From assembly GCA_964016885.1 (NCBI GenBank), contig OZ024746.1, positions 26,350,001 to 26,414,000 on the forward strand: a DNA stretch of 64,000 nt, given 5' to 3'. Of the stretch, positions 1 to 13,030 are shown one piece after another (position 1 is the first letter of the stretch; the number at the start of each line of letters is the position of its first letter). This DNA is from Eledone cirrhosa (lineage: Eukaryota). The notes under the pieces are model-generated. The model worked only from the letters and a program-made list of their open reading frames with translations. It was not told the DNA's origin and made no database searches. Position numbers and translations under genes: made by a program.

Positions 1-780
1 AGGATTCTGGAGCCTTCCTCATTTCTAGTACCAAACCCATAGCCTCCATGGATTCCGTCATAGCCGTCACAATGTTGTCCAACGTGACCATTTAGGTCGC
101 CAGCAATAATTATGTAGTCACTGTCGGTTATTTGGGAGGTAGTGAGCATTAATGACTCATAGAATCTGTCTTTTATAACGCCAGGCAGTCCGGATTGAGG
201 TGCATACCCAGATATTATTGTCACAGTAGTTCTATTTAAGACAAGTCTTATTTTAATTATTCTGTCGTTCACTCTATTTACTTCTATTATCTTATCTGTC
301 CAATTTTCAGCTAGCATGATTCCTACTCCACCCAGCCCATTGTTATTTCCCACCCAGGAAAGCTTACAGCATCGTTTTTTTACCCACAATGAATCTAGCA
401 GACCCACCCCTCCACCTGGTCTCTTGGATACAGCAAACATCAACCTCCTTACGTTCAAGCATTTCTACAAACTCGTTAGAGCGACCTTTTAAGGTGCCTA
501 CATTCATGGTACCAACTCTGAAGTTTTGGATTGCGTTTGGTGGGTGGGAATGGTGGGGCGCAGGGAGGGGTGAGGGAGATGGGGTTATGTTGGCCATCCG
601 CGGCCGAAATAAAGAGGAGGAGTCCTTGCATTTTCATCCGGCAGCATGAGGTGGATATTGAAAGGCAACCAGGTCTAAACTTAAGAAGTGATAGCATAGG
701 CTGCTGACTTGTGATTGGTCCAAGTGATAATGGTGGCAAGTGGGGGCGGGTGGGAGGGGCGTGGGGTAGTTAGCGAGAAG
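1..780 (-). mobile_element. RTE-clade LINE, 5' portion (AP-endonuclease N-terminus), frameshifted, continues out of the window
   Basis: ORF 364-597 gives FRVGTMNVGTLKGRSNEFVEMLERKEVDVCCIQETRWRG, homologous to the RTE endonuclease start at 54450-54680. Confidence 0.85.
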
Positions 781-997
781 GTTTAAAGAAAATCCTCGAA
801 TTTTGGGCATAATTGAACAAGCATATAACAGTAATAAGAGAAGAATTATGGGGTTTTAAAATACAAGAAGATTATTTTGAACAATCAGACAGAATTATAG
901 AATAATATTGAAAAAAAGCAAAGATTGGATTCTACACGATGATACGGATAGGTGATAGTGTAGCAGTGAAAGGGAAGATAAAGAGAAGAGAAAAAAA

Positions 998-998
<1 letters not shown>

Positions 999-1083
<85 letters not shown>

Positions 1084-1092
1084 ATATATATG

Positions 1093-1127
<35 letters not shown>

Positions 1128-1335
1128 GTATATATATATACATATATATATATATTCAAACGAACAAAGCGGGTGCTATAATAAGCGTCCGCTAAACTGA
1201 TACGTACATATATGTATGTGTACCTGTATGTATATATGTATATATATATATATATATATATGCATGCTACTGTACGTCTGTATACATATATGTATGTACG
1301 TATACATACATACTTACATATATATATATATATAT
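999..1335. repeat. (TA)n/(TATG)n microsatellite field
   Basis: Direct reading; source of the YIYI ORFs. Confidence 0.95.
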
Positions 1336-1600
1336 AAATGAAAAGTATTGTGAGCAAGAAGCCAACATTATTCCATAATATATAAGTGTCTATAGCGTCA
1401 AAATGGAAAAAAAGTTAACGTAAGATGTGGGAAAATAATTCAAACCCAATTCAAAAAGAATCAGGATATAGATTCATCCACAGAATTTAGTGAAATCCAG
1501 GGAAAAATCAATAGAGCCTTAACTGAGAATAAAATAAAGTTTAAAATACTCATCCTTCAATTTGGAAAAACTACAAATGCTCTGTATAGTCTTAATATAT

Positions 1601-1956
1601 CATCATCATCATCATCATTTCATTTTACGTCCGCCTTTTCCCTGCTTGCAAGGGTGGGACGGGAACTGATTCTGGCTTGATTTCTACAGCTGGATGCCCT
1701 TCCAATCACCAACCTCATTTACAGTGAGTGCTGGGTGCTTTTTTACCGTGGCACCTCCACGTCCACTTTACAGTGTGGGCTGGGTGCTTTTTTGGTATGG
1801 CACCTCCACGACCACTTTGTAGTGGAATGATATGGACCCCAGTCCCTATCATCTCATTTCTACAGCTGAGTAAAATGGAGCAGTGTGAAATAAAGTATCT
1901 TGCTCAAGGAAACAACACATCACCCGGTCTGAGAATTGAACTCACAACCCTTCAAT

Positions 1957-1957
<1 letters not shown>
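1601..1957 (-). mobile_element. tRNA-derived CORE-like SINE with RTE-type 3' tail, 5'-truncated
   Basis: Reverse complement of the fuller copy at 20445-20840; (ATG)n tail. Confidence 0.85.
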
Positions 1958-2003
<46 letters not shown>

Positions 2004-2044
2004 CATAATATATAAGAACAAAAGATCGTTAAAGGAGTTCCATG

Positions 2045-2115
2045 TATTTTATTATGCGCATTTCAAAAACAAACATAATCACGCAATAATATTTGTGTTT
2101 TCATCAGATAAAACA
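2045..2115 (-). ncRNA. Type I hammerhead ribozyme (left arm of palindrome)
   Basis: Mirror copy of 2234-2304; the differences fall in the distal stem II/loop. Confidence 0.75.
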
Positions 2116-2233
2116 GGAGGACATGATATGAAGGCTAAAAAACACTTATGGATAGTGCAGTTTTAAATCAACATATGTTGATTTAAAACTGCACTATCCA
2201 CAAGTGTTTTTTAGCCTTCATATCATGTCCTCC

Positions 2234-2304
2234 TGTTTTATCTGATGAAAACACAAATATTATTGCATGATGATGTTTGTTTTTGAAATGCGCATAATAA
2301 AATA
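2234..2304 (+). ncRNA. Type I hammerhead ribozyme (right arm of palindrome)
   Basis: Stem I tgttttat/ataaaata, core CTGATGA (2242-2248), long AT-rich stem II, GAAA (2285-2288), palindromic stem III TGCGCA, cleavage triplet ATA. Confidence 0.75.
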
Positions 2305-2345
2305 CATGGAACTCCTTTAACGATCTTTTGTTCTTATATATTATG

Positions 2346-2428
<83 letters not shown>

Positions 2429-2433
<5 letters not shown>

Positions 2434-4287
2434 ATACTTTGGGAGGGTCATGTTGACACACGCACCAGTTGCTTTCGCTTTAATTTATTATATATTTATA
2501 AACTTATAAATTTCTGGTTGGTTCCACAACCAGATAGTTGTTTATATATAGTCATAGTTCTTTCGTCACTCTGTGACCTCTTCAGTGATTGGGAATTCCT
2601 TTCTTTGTTTCTGTGCCTCTCCTTTGTTCTGTCCTACGCCATTTTGTTTCTGTGTGTGTGTTGTGTGCTCAGTCTGCGCATGCGCCACATCCGGGTGTCT
2701 GTGTGTGTTTATGTTCATTTATTTATTTGTTTATTTACATGTTACTGGTTGGTTGTTTGTTCTATGTGTGTGTGTGTTTTCATTTTGTCCTTAATTGTAA
2801 GTTGTGATGTTGCTGTTCCACTCATATTTTCTATTTAATTTTGGTTGTAATTCTTTTATGTTTATTGCCTCTGTAATTTGTCTAAACATTGCGTCTTTTC
2901 TGTGTGTAGATTCTATTTTTATTTCTATGTTCTCTAATTTACCCTTGTGTTCTATTTTAGCATGTTGGTAGAGTACAGATGATTCTTTATTATCTTGAAG
3001 GTCTCACCAGTGTTCATTTATCCGTTCCCCTACACTACGAGCTGTCTCACCTATGTACACTATATTTTTGTCTCTACATTGTCCTTCAGTACATCTTATG
3101 CTATACACTACATTTCTAGTTTTACAGTTAATATGGGGGCTTATTTTACAGGTTATACATTTCTTATCTATACATGAGGGTCTTTGAAAAGGGTATGTCT
3201 TGCTAATAAGTGTTTTTACGGAGGTACCTGGTCTTTCTACTATCTTAATATTGAGTTTATGTTTATCTAGGGTCCTTCTAAATTTGTAAGCTAATTCACC
3301 TCTAGGGGTTGTATCGGTGAATATTACACTCTGGTATTTATTGCTATCATACCATGAGTTTATTCTATTAACCTTATTCCTAGTTCTTTCTATTCTATTC
3401 CAAAATTTGCTCCTATACAAAGGGCAGGTCCCATTTGTGTCATTATTTACCATTTTTTCCCATTTGGTTCTGGCTCCTCTATATACTCTGATTTTATCAC
3501 TCTGATTGTAACCAGAGAACTGCATACGGTAGATGAAGTGTTGTATGTGTCTCTCTAGTTCTTTGGGGTTGCATATGCGGGACACGTTTCTCATCACCCG
3601 TACCAAATCCGCAATCAGTATGTTGATTTTGGTATGGTCTGAAAGAGCTGAGTTTCGGTGGATCAGATATTTGGAAGTCATGGGTTTGGCATAATGGGAA
3701 TGGAGGATTTGTTTTTTGTTATTAATGGTATCTAACCAGAGCTCTGTGTCTAGTACAGGTAATCGATGGTTGGGGTGTTTGCTTGGGTAGTCTATAGTAA
3801 CTCTAATACTCTGGTAGATGGAGTTAGCTATTTGCTGGATGCTTTCCATTGTGTTTTTCTCTAATTCCTGACTGTTCTCTAGTGGGGGTGTTTTTACTAC
3901 GATGTTTATATCATCAATGTAGCGGGAGTACATTATCAGGGTTAAGGGGTCTTCTAATTGTTCTTTAAGTTTAAGTTTAAGTCTACTGTCCCACCATACC
4001 ATGAATAGGTTAGCTATGTCGCCTGCAATGCTAACACCAATGGCTGCTCCCTCCTCTTGGGTATATGTTTTTCCATTAAATTTGAACATATGTTCCTTAA
4101 GGGTTAATTTTTTGCTGGGCCCCCACTGCATGTGCAATCATTTTCTTTAGTTCATCGTGGTTTTCGGGGGTCCGTATGGCTTTGGTCCACCCGTTCCATC
4201 TATCTGTGTGGGTTTTCTTGGCCATTGAGGTAATGAGGTAATGCGTGTGTTTCTTATTGGCAACATGACCCTCCCAAAGTATAACAA
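2429..4287 (-). mobile_element. Penelope-like element (probably Naiad clade), 5'-truncated, with inverted copy of its terminus at the 5' end
   Basis: RT motifs QEEGAAIGVSIAGDIANLFM and YSRYIDD, Cys-rich linker, GIY-YIG motif VVYSIRC...YIGETAR. The 27-bp terminus 2429-2455 is the exact reverse complement of 4261-4287. Degenerate hammerhead core (CTGAAGA..GAAA) at about 2522-2595. Confidence 0.9.
2791..4240 (-). pseudogene. PLE RT/GIY-YIG ORF with one frameshift (~4120) and one in-frame TGA (3004-3006)
   Basis: Translation past the TGA continues DLQDNKESSVLYQHAKIEH...RQITEAINIKELQPKLNRKYEWNSNITTYN to TAA at 2791-2793. Confidence 0.85.
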
Positions 4288-4344
4288 TATTGGTTTCAAC
4301 ACACGTTTTCAGATAAAGAATCTTGCTAAACAAATTCAGAAACG

Positions 4345-4415
<71 letters not shown>

Positions 4416-4858
4416 AGGGTGTGGTAAAAACCAAGTAGACCATAACCCATTAGAGTATTCAATACTTGGAGTAGTAGTATGGTTAATATGTAAAGATATG
4501 TGGAGGTGTGGGTGAGCAAGAAAAGTATTATGATTTTAAGAGTTGATTATATAGGGGAAAAAATAGCTTGAGAAGATTTTATAGACGAGAATAATGAAAT
4601 AGCATGACGAAATGGAAAATATACAGAATAATATCATAATCATTTTCTTGCTCGCCCACACCTTCACATATTGTTACAGTTACTGTTGTTGTTGCCGCTT
4701 TTTTGTTGTTTCTGATGTTGCTGTTATTATTGTTGCTACTGCTGTTGTTATTGTTGTAAGTCTTTTTATATTTCTAAAGATCTTTAGTGGAAAATAATAA
4801 AAAACCTACACACCCATCAACATCAATACTTCAATAATAAAAGCATTGCAAGCCACCC

Positions 4859-4905
4859 TATGATGACCTAAATATTATTTCTTAAATAATATTTAGGTCA
4901 TCATA
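4859..4905. repeat. Perfect hairpin, 22-bp arms with 3-nt loop
   Basis: tatgatgacctaaatattattt-ctt-aaataatatttaggtcatcata. Confidence 0.9.
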
Positions 4906-4949
4906 ATCAGTATACTGGTTATGAGAAAACATGGGTTAATGGTACTAAA

Positions 4950-5195
4950 TGAAATTAACGTGTAAGTGACTGAGCATTCCACAGACACGTGTATCCCTAA
5001 CATAATTCTCAGGGATATTCAGTGTGATACAGTATGTGACAAGGCTGGCTCTTTGAATTACAGGTACAACTCATTTTTGCTATCATGAAATAAAGTGTCT
5101 TTCTCAAGGATACAATGTGTCACTTGGTCTGAGAATTGAACTCATAACCTTACAATTGTGAGCTGACCACCCTGTCCACTAAACCCACATGCTTT
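4950..5195 (-). mobile_element. tRNA-derived CORE-like SINE with a different tail
   Basis: Head gagttcaattctcagacc and core ccttgag..aagacactttatttca are shared with the 20445 SINE; the 3' part differs. Confidence 0.7.
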
Positions 5196-5799
5196 CATTA
5201 AGTTATCAGCTGTAGTGACTCAGATATGTGAAGAGGACTTTGGTGTGAGTCCCATGAAAGCATGTATGGTTTTGAAGAAAATGTTTAGTCTTTCAGATGC
5301 AGCTTTTACTCTCACAAGGCAGCAAATGGCAGAGGCATTAAAATATCAGATTTAAAATGCCTTGCTATTATTTGTTCTGGCTTGCTGTGCTCTGAGTTCA
5401 AATCTTGCTACACTCGACTTTGCCTTTCATCCTTTTCAGGTTGATTCTATTTCTCTGGAAAAAAAAACCCAGCTGTGTTTCAACCTGGAGAGGGATTGGT
5501 TCCTATAAGTTTTAAATGGGCTTTATGTCGAATAAAGGAAAGGAGATATCACCAAAGTGAAAACAGTACATAATGAAATATTGAAGAATTTGATGAGAAT
5601 AGGAGCTAAGCACTGGAGAAAATTGTACGAGAATAATGGGAAATGCTATACGAGTCGTATTGTACTATAGGATATATTGATAGATTTTAAACCAGTGTTG
5701 TGTGTATATAGAATATATGCTGTGCGTAACCAGTTTAGAATAGGTATCCCTGCATGTCATATGAGGAAACTTAAAGGGCTAGCATTAGGCAGCATACAC

Positions 5800-7436
<1,637 letters not shown>

Positions 7437-7571
7437 ATATATATGTGTATGTGTGTGTTGGCAACATGACACTCCCAATGTATAACAATATATATATATA
7501 CATATACATATAAAAATATAACAAAGAAAGTGTTGTAAGAACCAGGTGGACCATAATGCACCAGGGTATAT

Positions 7572-7870
7572 CATTTCATTTTTTCATTTCATTTTACGTC
7601 CGCTTTTTCCCTGCTTGCAAGGGAGGGACGGGAACTGATTCTGGCTTGATTTCTACAGCTGGATGCCCTTCCTAACACCAACCTCATTTACAGTGAGTGC
7701 TCGGTGCTTTTTTGCCGTGGCACCTCCACGACCACTTTACAGTGGAATGATAGGGACCCCAGTCCCTAACATCTCATTTCTACAGCTGAGTAAACTGGAG
7801 CAATGTGAAATAAAGTGTCTTGCCCAAGGAAACAACACATCGCCCGGTCTGAGAATTGAACTCACAACCT
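7572..7870 (-). mobile_element. CORE-like SINE copy
   Basis: Matches 1601-1957 and 20445-20840. Confidence 0.85.
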
Positions 7871-8259
7871 ATATATATATACAATTACACCTCTCAAAGG
7901 CAATACTCAGGTATGTGACCTCTGGCGCTATGCAGTTTTATGGAAGACCTGCCCTCTATTGTTGTTGGTATGAGACTTATACCTAGTAGGCAACACATTC
8001 CTCAACCTGCTATCCACTCTCATTCACCTCCCTTAGCAGTAACCATACCTCGCCTACTACCCTGTCCACGTCTTTTTTCCCCCAAGCCCCTCCACCCTCC
8101 ATAGTCCCCACTGTGTTGTGTCGGTGACACAACAAAGGTGCTCAGTCCACACTGTAAAGTGGACATGTAAAAGACACAACAAAAAGAACCCAGCACACAC
8201 TGTCAATGTGGTTGGCATTAGGAAGGGCATCCAGCTATAGAAAACCAGCCAGAAACTCG

Positions 8260-9590
8260 TCAGCATGGGGGAAAGTGACTCGGCTGAAGCCGACCTTATG
8301 AGCCTGTACATCTTATACCACCTGAAGAACCTCTTCACAGGCCTAACCAGAGGATTATACTGACATGATGGCCTCTTCGCCCTGCACAAAGTTAACCGCA
8401 GAACCACTGATGGGTTTTGGAGAATCTTAAGCTCATTCTTCCATAATCTAGGATTTAGAATAACCACAGAATCCAATATGACTAGGGCCAACCTTTTAGA
8501 TGTCACTCTCGACTTGGATACTTCCCTCTATTACCCGTACCACAAACCTAACGAGTCCCTCAGATATATAAATGTTAATTCGAACCACCCCAAAACATCA
8601 CAGATAACTTAGTTAAAAGTGTCTCACTCAGAATCTCCGGTCTCTCGGCCAATGAAGATATCCTTAGCGCCTCTGCCTCTTACTACAACAATGCCCTCGC
8701 TTGCAGCGGAATTAAAGAAAAGATTACTTATCTAGAAACCATCCCAAGACTACCTAGGAGAAATAAGCATAGGCACATTATTTGGTACAACACCCCTTCA
8801 ATAGAGAGGTGTCTACACCTATAGCTAGGACTTTCTTCAAATTGCTGAATATACACTTCCCCATACAACATAGGTATCTTTAATAAGACTACAATAAAAC
8901 TCTCCTACTCCACTACACCTAACGTAGCTAGGAATATAGCCAACCTCAACACTACAAAATTAAATAAGCCTACTACCTCCGAACCCAATCGCCGAACGGG
9001 AGCTTTGTGCAACTGCCAAAATAAGGAAGCCCTGCCCACTTGAAAACAAATGTCTGACAAATGACATCGTATATAAATGTGATGTCATCTCAGGCACTGA
9101 TGACAACAACAAAAAGACTTATATCGGAATGACTTCCAACAATTTTAAGACCATACCCACACTTTCAGAAGACCGGACAAATTCAATCAGACAACACTCG
9201 CCTCCTATGTCTGGGACCTCAAGAGGAACTCCACCCCTTTTACGCTCAATGGAAAATACTCCAGAAAGCGCGCTCATACAAGGGAGGACACAAGTGCTGT
9301 GACCTTTGTATTTCAGAGAGCTACGAAATGTTATTTGCCAAGGGCCCGCTACTGAACAAACTCTCTGAACACTGCCAGAATTGCATGCACAAAAGCTTTG
9401 CAACTTTCAAATATCTTAAGCCAGTGTTGATGCCCGATAGCTAAGAAAAATTTTTTTTTTAAAACCCCACTCGACAAAATATCCCCTGTACCTCCATCCC
9501 ACCCTACCCTTATCCCTATCTCGACCCGCCTCACGGCACTATGGTTATGCAAATACTTCTTACCTATCTGTTTTTTCCACATGTATAACG
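8260..9590 (+). mobile_element. Decayed Penelope-like element (RT C-terminal half, GIY-YIG, 3' region)
   Basis: Frameshifted remnants LLDVTLDL, YHKPNESLRYINVNSNHPK, IIWYNTPF, KCLTNDIVYKC, TYIGMTSNNFK. Confidence 0.8.
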
Positions 9591-9608
9591 TACTTCAATA
9601 TATATATA

Positions 9609-9653
<45 letters not shown>

Positions 9654-11039
9654 CACCAACCTGAGGCATATGGCCCTTAAAGCGATGAAATGCCTGGGAC
9701 GGTTGGAGGGTCACTGATGAAGGACCTACTTTTTCACATGCCCCACCATTTGCAACGGGCAGCCTATTATTTTCATATTTACACATAATTTTTATTCTGC
9801 TGCCACTCGTCTGTTCGTTTTTACCCTTTCTAGCAGTCTCTTTCTGTTAGCCTCCTCCTCAACTTTCACTCACTCATTCTCTGTCACTACCTCTCCTCCT
9901 CCTCTTTCCTCCTCCTCCTTCAAGTTTGACCTGTGTGTAATTCTTTTCTCGCGCGGTCTTGACCAAGCTGGTATGGAAATTTTTTTCTCTCTCTCTCTTT
10001 CGTCTGCGACTTCACAAAACTTACGTTTACCGAATTCGTAGACCAGACCCCTTTATCTTCTTCTTCTTCTTCTTCTTCTTCTTCTTCTTCTTCTTCTTCT
10101 TCTTCTTCTTCTTCTTCTTCTTCTTCTTCTTCTTCCTCTTCTCTCTTTTCTCTCTCTCTTTTTTCCCCCCCCGTCAAACTTGGGCGAAATTCTTTCCTCG
10201 CTCACATTTCAACCAGGTTTGATGGTCTTTTGTCTCTTGTTCACGATTTCACCGAGTTTATATTCATAGAGATCTGGGACTTGTCTATTTCTACTCACTT
10301 TCCGTTGCTAAAACTTTTTTGTTTGTTACCCTGGCGTCCCCTTTGTTTACGTGTCCCAACGACTTTTTTTAGCCGTTGTTCGCACCAACCTGAGGCATAT
10401 GGCCCTTAAAGCGATGAAATGCCTGGGACGGTTGGAGGGTCACTGATGAAGGACCTACTTTTTCACATGCCCCACCATTTGCAACGGGCAGCCTATTATT
10501 TTCATATTTACACATAATTTTTATTCTGCTGCCACTCGTCTGTTCGTTTTTACCCTTTCTAGCAGTCTCTTTCTCTGTTAGCCTCCTCCTCAACTTTCAC
10601 TCACTCATTCTCTGTCACTACCTCTCCTCCTCCTCTTTCCTCCTCCTCCTTCAAGTTTGACCTGTGTGTAATTCTTTTCTCGCGCGGTCTTGACCAAGCT
10701 GGTATGGAAATTTTTTTCTCTCTCTCTTTCGTCTGCGACTTCACAAAACTTACGTTTACCGAATTCGTAGACCAGACCCCTTTATCTTCTTCTTCTTCTT
10801 CTTCTTCTTCTTCTTCTTCTTCTTCTTCTTCTTCTTCTTCTTCCTCTTCTCTCTTTTCTCTCTCTCTTCCCCCCCCCCCCGTCAAACTTGGGCGAAATTC
10901 TTTCCTTGCTCACATTTCAACCAGGTTTGATGGTCTTTTGTCTCTTGTTCACGATTTCACCGAGTTTATATTCATAGAGATCTGGGACTTGTCTATTTCT
11001 TCTCACTTTCCGTTTCTTAAACTTTTTTGTTTGTTACCC

Positions 11040-11441
11040 TGTAGCAGTGAATGAAATGTATTTTCCTTCTGCGGCGGAATGGTGTTACGGAGGTAAGTTG
11101 GCTGAAGTGTGAGCCAATCGAAACCTTCGGTGCACTAATTGGACTGTCCAGAACTACGTCACCAGGTGAGCGGAGGTAACCAAGAGAGACATTAGTCTAC
11201 ACGCACCTCTCTTATCGACAAGACCAGGCTACACTCATCGCTGCTAACAACATCTCCATCTTGCAATGAAGCGGACCAAACTACATCCTACACATGTAGA
11301 TACTACCTGTACCTAATGTATCCGTTCAACATGTACAACTAATAAATAGAGTTACAACATCGATAATGGATTTAGTCAATGTTCTAAATGCCTTCTGATT
11401 TCTATTATGTATACCAAGAATTGACCCTAAAACCCGTTATA
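11040..11441 (+). repeat. 5' LTR (TG...TA)
   Basis: No differences from 16367-16768 seen by eye; contains AATAAA. Confidence 0.95.
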
Positions 11442-11443
11442 AA

Positions 11444-11461
11444 TGGTGACCCCGACGTGAT
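11444..11461 (+). promoter_or_regulatory. Primer-binding site complementary to the 3' end of tRNA-Trp
   Basis: TGGTGACCCCGACGTGAT is the reverse complement of the metazoan tRNA-Trp end ATCACGTCGGGGTCACCA. Confidence 0.9.
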
Positions 11462-12098
11462 ACGATACAACAAATCACATTATAAATGGTGACCCGAACG
11501 TTTAAGGACATCAACACAGAAGAAACCACATCTTTCCGTTGCAACGAACACATCAACATTTCGCATCCCCCCCCCCCCCCCCCCCCAAAAAAACAAAGCC
11601 ACTCGCCTTTTCTCGGGGTATGTACGCGATTAGCGTGAGTCCTAATATGTATTTGATATATTGTCTTATTGTTACTAAATCTGCACATCACACCTTCACT
11701 TTCTAACATCACCGAACACATGCGTTAATACAAAAATCTAAATACTCTAAATTTCTGATTGGGCGACGCTATAAAAAAACTAAAAAAAAAAAATGGCCGG
11801 TCAGAGCAAGATGGCCGACTTCCGTCTTCTTCAGCTGTTTTCCCGCCAAAATGACGGAGGCAACGCCATTTTGAAAAGTACACAAAAAAAAAAAAAAAAT
11901 AATAATCGGACAAAGATAAATCATAATTTTTTTTTTAAAGCTTGACGTTTTTCCCTCCAACATTGTTTTTGATATATTTTTCTTTTTCTGTCCTTCACTC
12001 GGATTATATTTTTTCTTGGCCTGAATTTTCACTTTTGTCTCGGTGACAAGTGCAGAGTTGTCCTTTCTTTGCCCTTTGCTTTTACATCAGTATACACA

Positions 12099-13007
12099 AT
12101 GGGTAGCACTTCATTGCCACCGTTTACCGGTGACGTCACTGTCTGGTTCGCCCAGATAGAAGCACATTTCACAGCGAATAACATCACCAGTGACCACAGA
12201 CAGTTAAATCTCCTGTTAAGCGCTTTTCCAGCGTCATTGACGTCGGTCGTCAAAGACTTAATTACAGATCCTCGCCCTGGGGCCACCTATGAGAGCGTGA
12301 AGCTCGAAGTGTTGCGGCGGACCACATTGTCCGCAGAAAAAAAATTTCAGACGCTCGTCAATGACGAACATTTGGGTGATCGGACGCCCACACAACTACT
12401 GCGTCGGATGAGAGAGCTGGCGGAAGATGCCCCAGCTGACAGTGCCCTCCTTAGACAGCTTTTTGTCTCAAGGCTACCCCCCGGTGTTCAGGCGATCTTA
12501 GCGCCCATGATGGAGGCTGCTCCTGTCGACCAGCTAGCGGCTTCGGCCGACAGGGTTATGAGTGTCATCGGACACCCAGCCTCATTTGCCCCCTTCCAGG
12601 CACCTCAGCCACCGGCTGCGGTCAATCCGTTCTCTCCTGCCTCCTTCCAGGCACCCCAGCCACCGGCTGCGGTCAATCCGTTCGCTCCTGTCTCCTTCAA
12701 TGCATCCCAGCCGCCGACTGCGGTCGCTTCCTTCACTCCAGCGGCTGCCAGTTATACCGACCAGTCACTTGCAAATGCAGCAATGCTGCAAGCAATAGAG
12801 CAGCTAACCAAGGAAGTGAGAAAACTAAGCACTCACAGGGCTCATTCGCCTAGACGCCGTTTCCAGAGCCGTTCACCCTCGCCACGACGCCGTCACACAA
12901 GCAGTTCAGGTTTGTGTTACTACCACAGCCGTTTTGGCGCAGCAGCACGCTCCTGTAAACAGCCTTGTACATTTTCGGACCAGGGAAACAGATTTCAGGA
13001 GACCTGA
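12099..13007 (+). CDS. gag: Gag protein of CsRn1-type retrotransposon
   Basis: First ATG at 12099; [26 protein letters not shown], zinc knuckle [18 protein letters not shown] (CHCC); three ~51-bp Pro/Ala-rich repeats at about 12593-12735. Confidence 0.92.
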   Translation: MGSTSLPPFTGDVTVWFAQIEAHFTANNITSDHRQLNLLLSAFPASLTSVVKDLITDPRPGATYESVKLEVLRRTTLSAEKKFQTLVNDEHLGDRTPTQLLRRMRELAEDAPADSALLRQLFVSRLPPGVQAILAPMMEAAPVDQLAASADRVMSVIGHPASFAPFQAPQPPAAVNPFSPASFQAPQPPAAVNPFAPVSFNASQPPTAVASFTPAAASYTDQSLANAAMLQAIEQLTKEVRKLSTHRAHSPRRRFQSRSPSPRRRHTSSSGLCYYHSRFGAAARSCKQPCTFSDQGNRFQET

Positions 13008-13030
13008 GCACGGCACAGTCTCCTCTGACC
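12983..13030 (+). promoter_or_regulatory. -1 ribosomal frameshift signal
   Basis: Slippery heptamer G GGA AAC (12983-12989) in the gag frame, followed by a possible pseudoknot tcag/ctga plus gagac/gtctc. Confidence 0.75.

Larger units (their letters stand above)
2001..2348. repeat. 348-bp spacerless palindrome flanked by (TA)n on both sides
   Basis: Symmetry centre CAT|ATG at 2174/2175; arms of 174 bp with about 3 mismatches. Confidence 0.95.

Noticed and set aside
895-1357. [12 protein letters not shown]/poly-E/poly-S ORFs here and throughout (e.g. 5757-6294, 9920-10222, 17042-17615, 19649-20503, 30483-30817)
   Set aside because: Translations of microsatellites, not genes.
9655-9710. SECIS element or canonical hammerhead, twister, pistol or HDV ribozyme in the tandem unit
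   Set aside because: The 3' GA is offset by three nt (k-turn, not a SECIS quartet); no GAAA/NUH in hammerhead register (a type II-like fold needs TAAA in place of GAAA); no UAA cleavage loop for twister. Kept only as an unclassified candidate.
9651-10379. Known snRNA, 5S, 7SL or tRNA gene array
   Set aside because: No recognisable similarity to the U1-U12, 5S, 7SL or tRNA sequences I know.
10369-10593. Repeated 74-aa ORF (also 9595-9786 and 16810-17034)
   Set aside because: Non-ATG start, frame not preserved in all units, no domain features.
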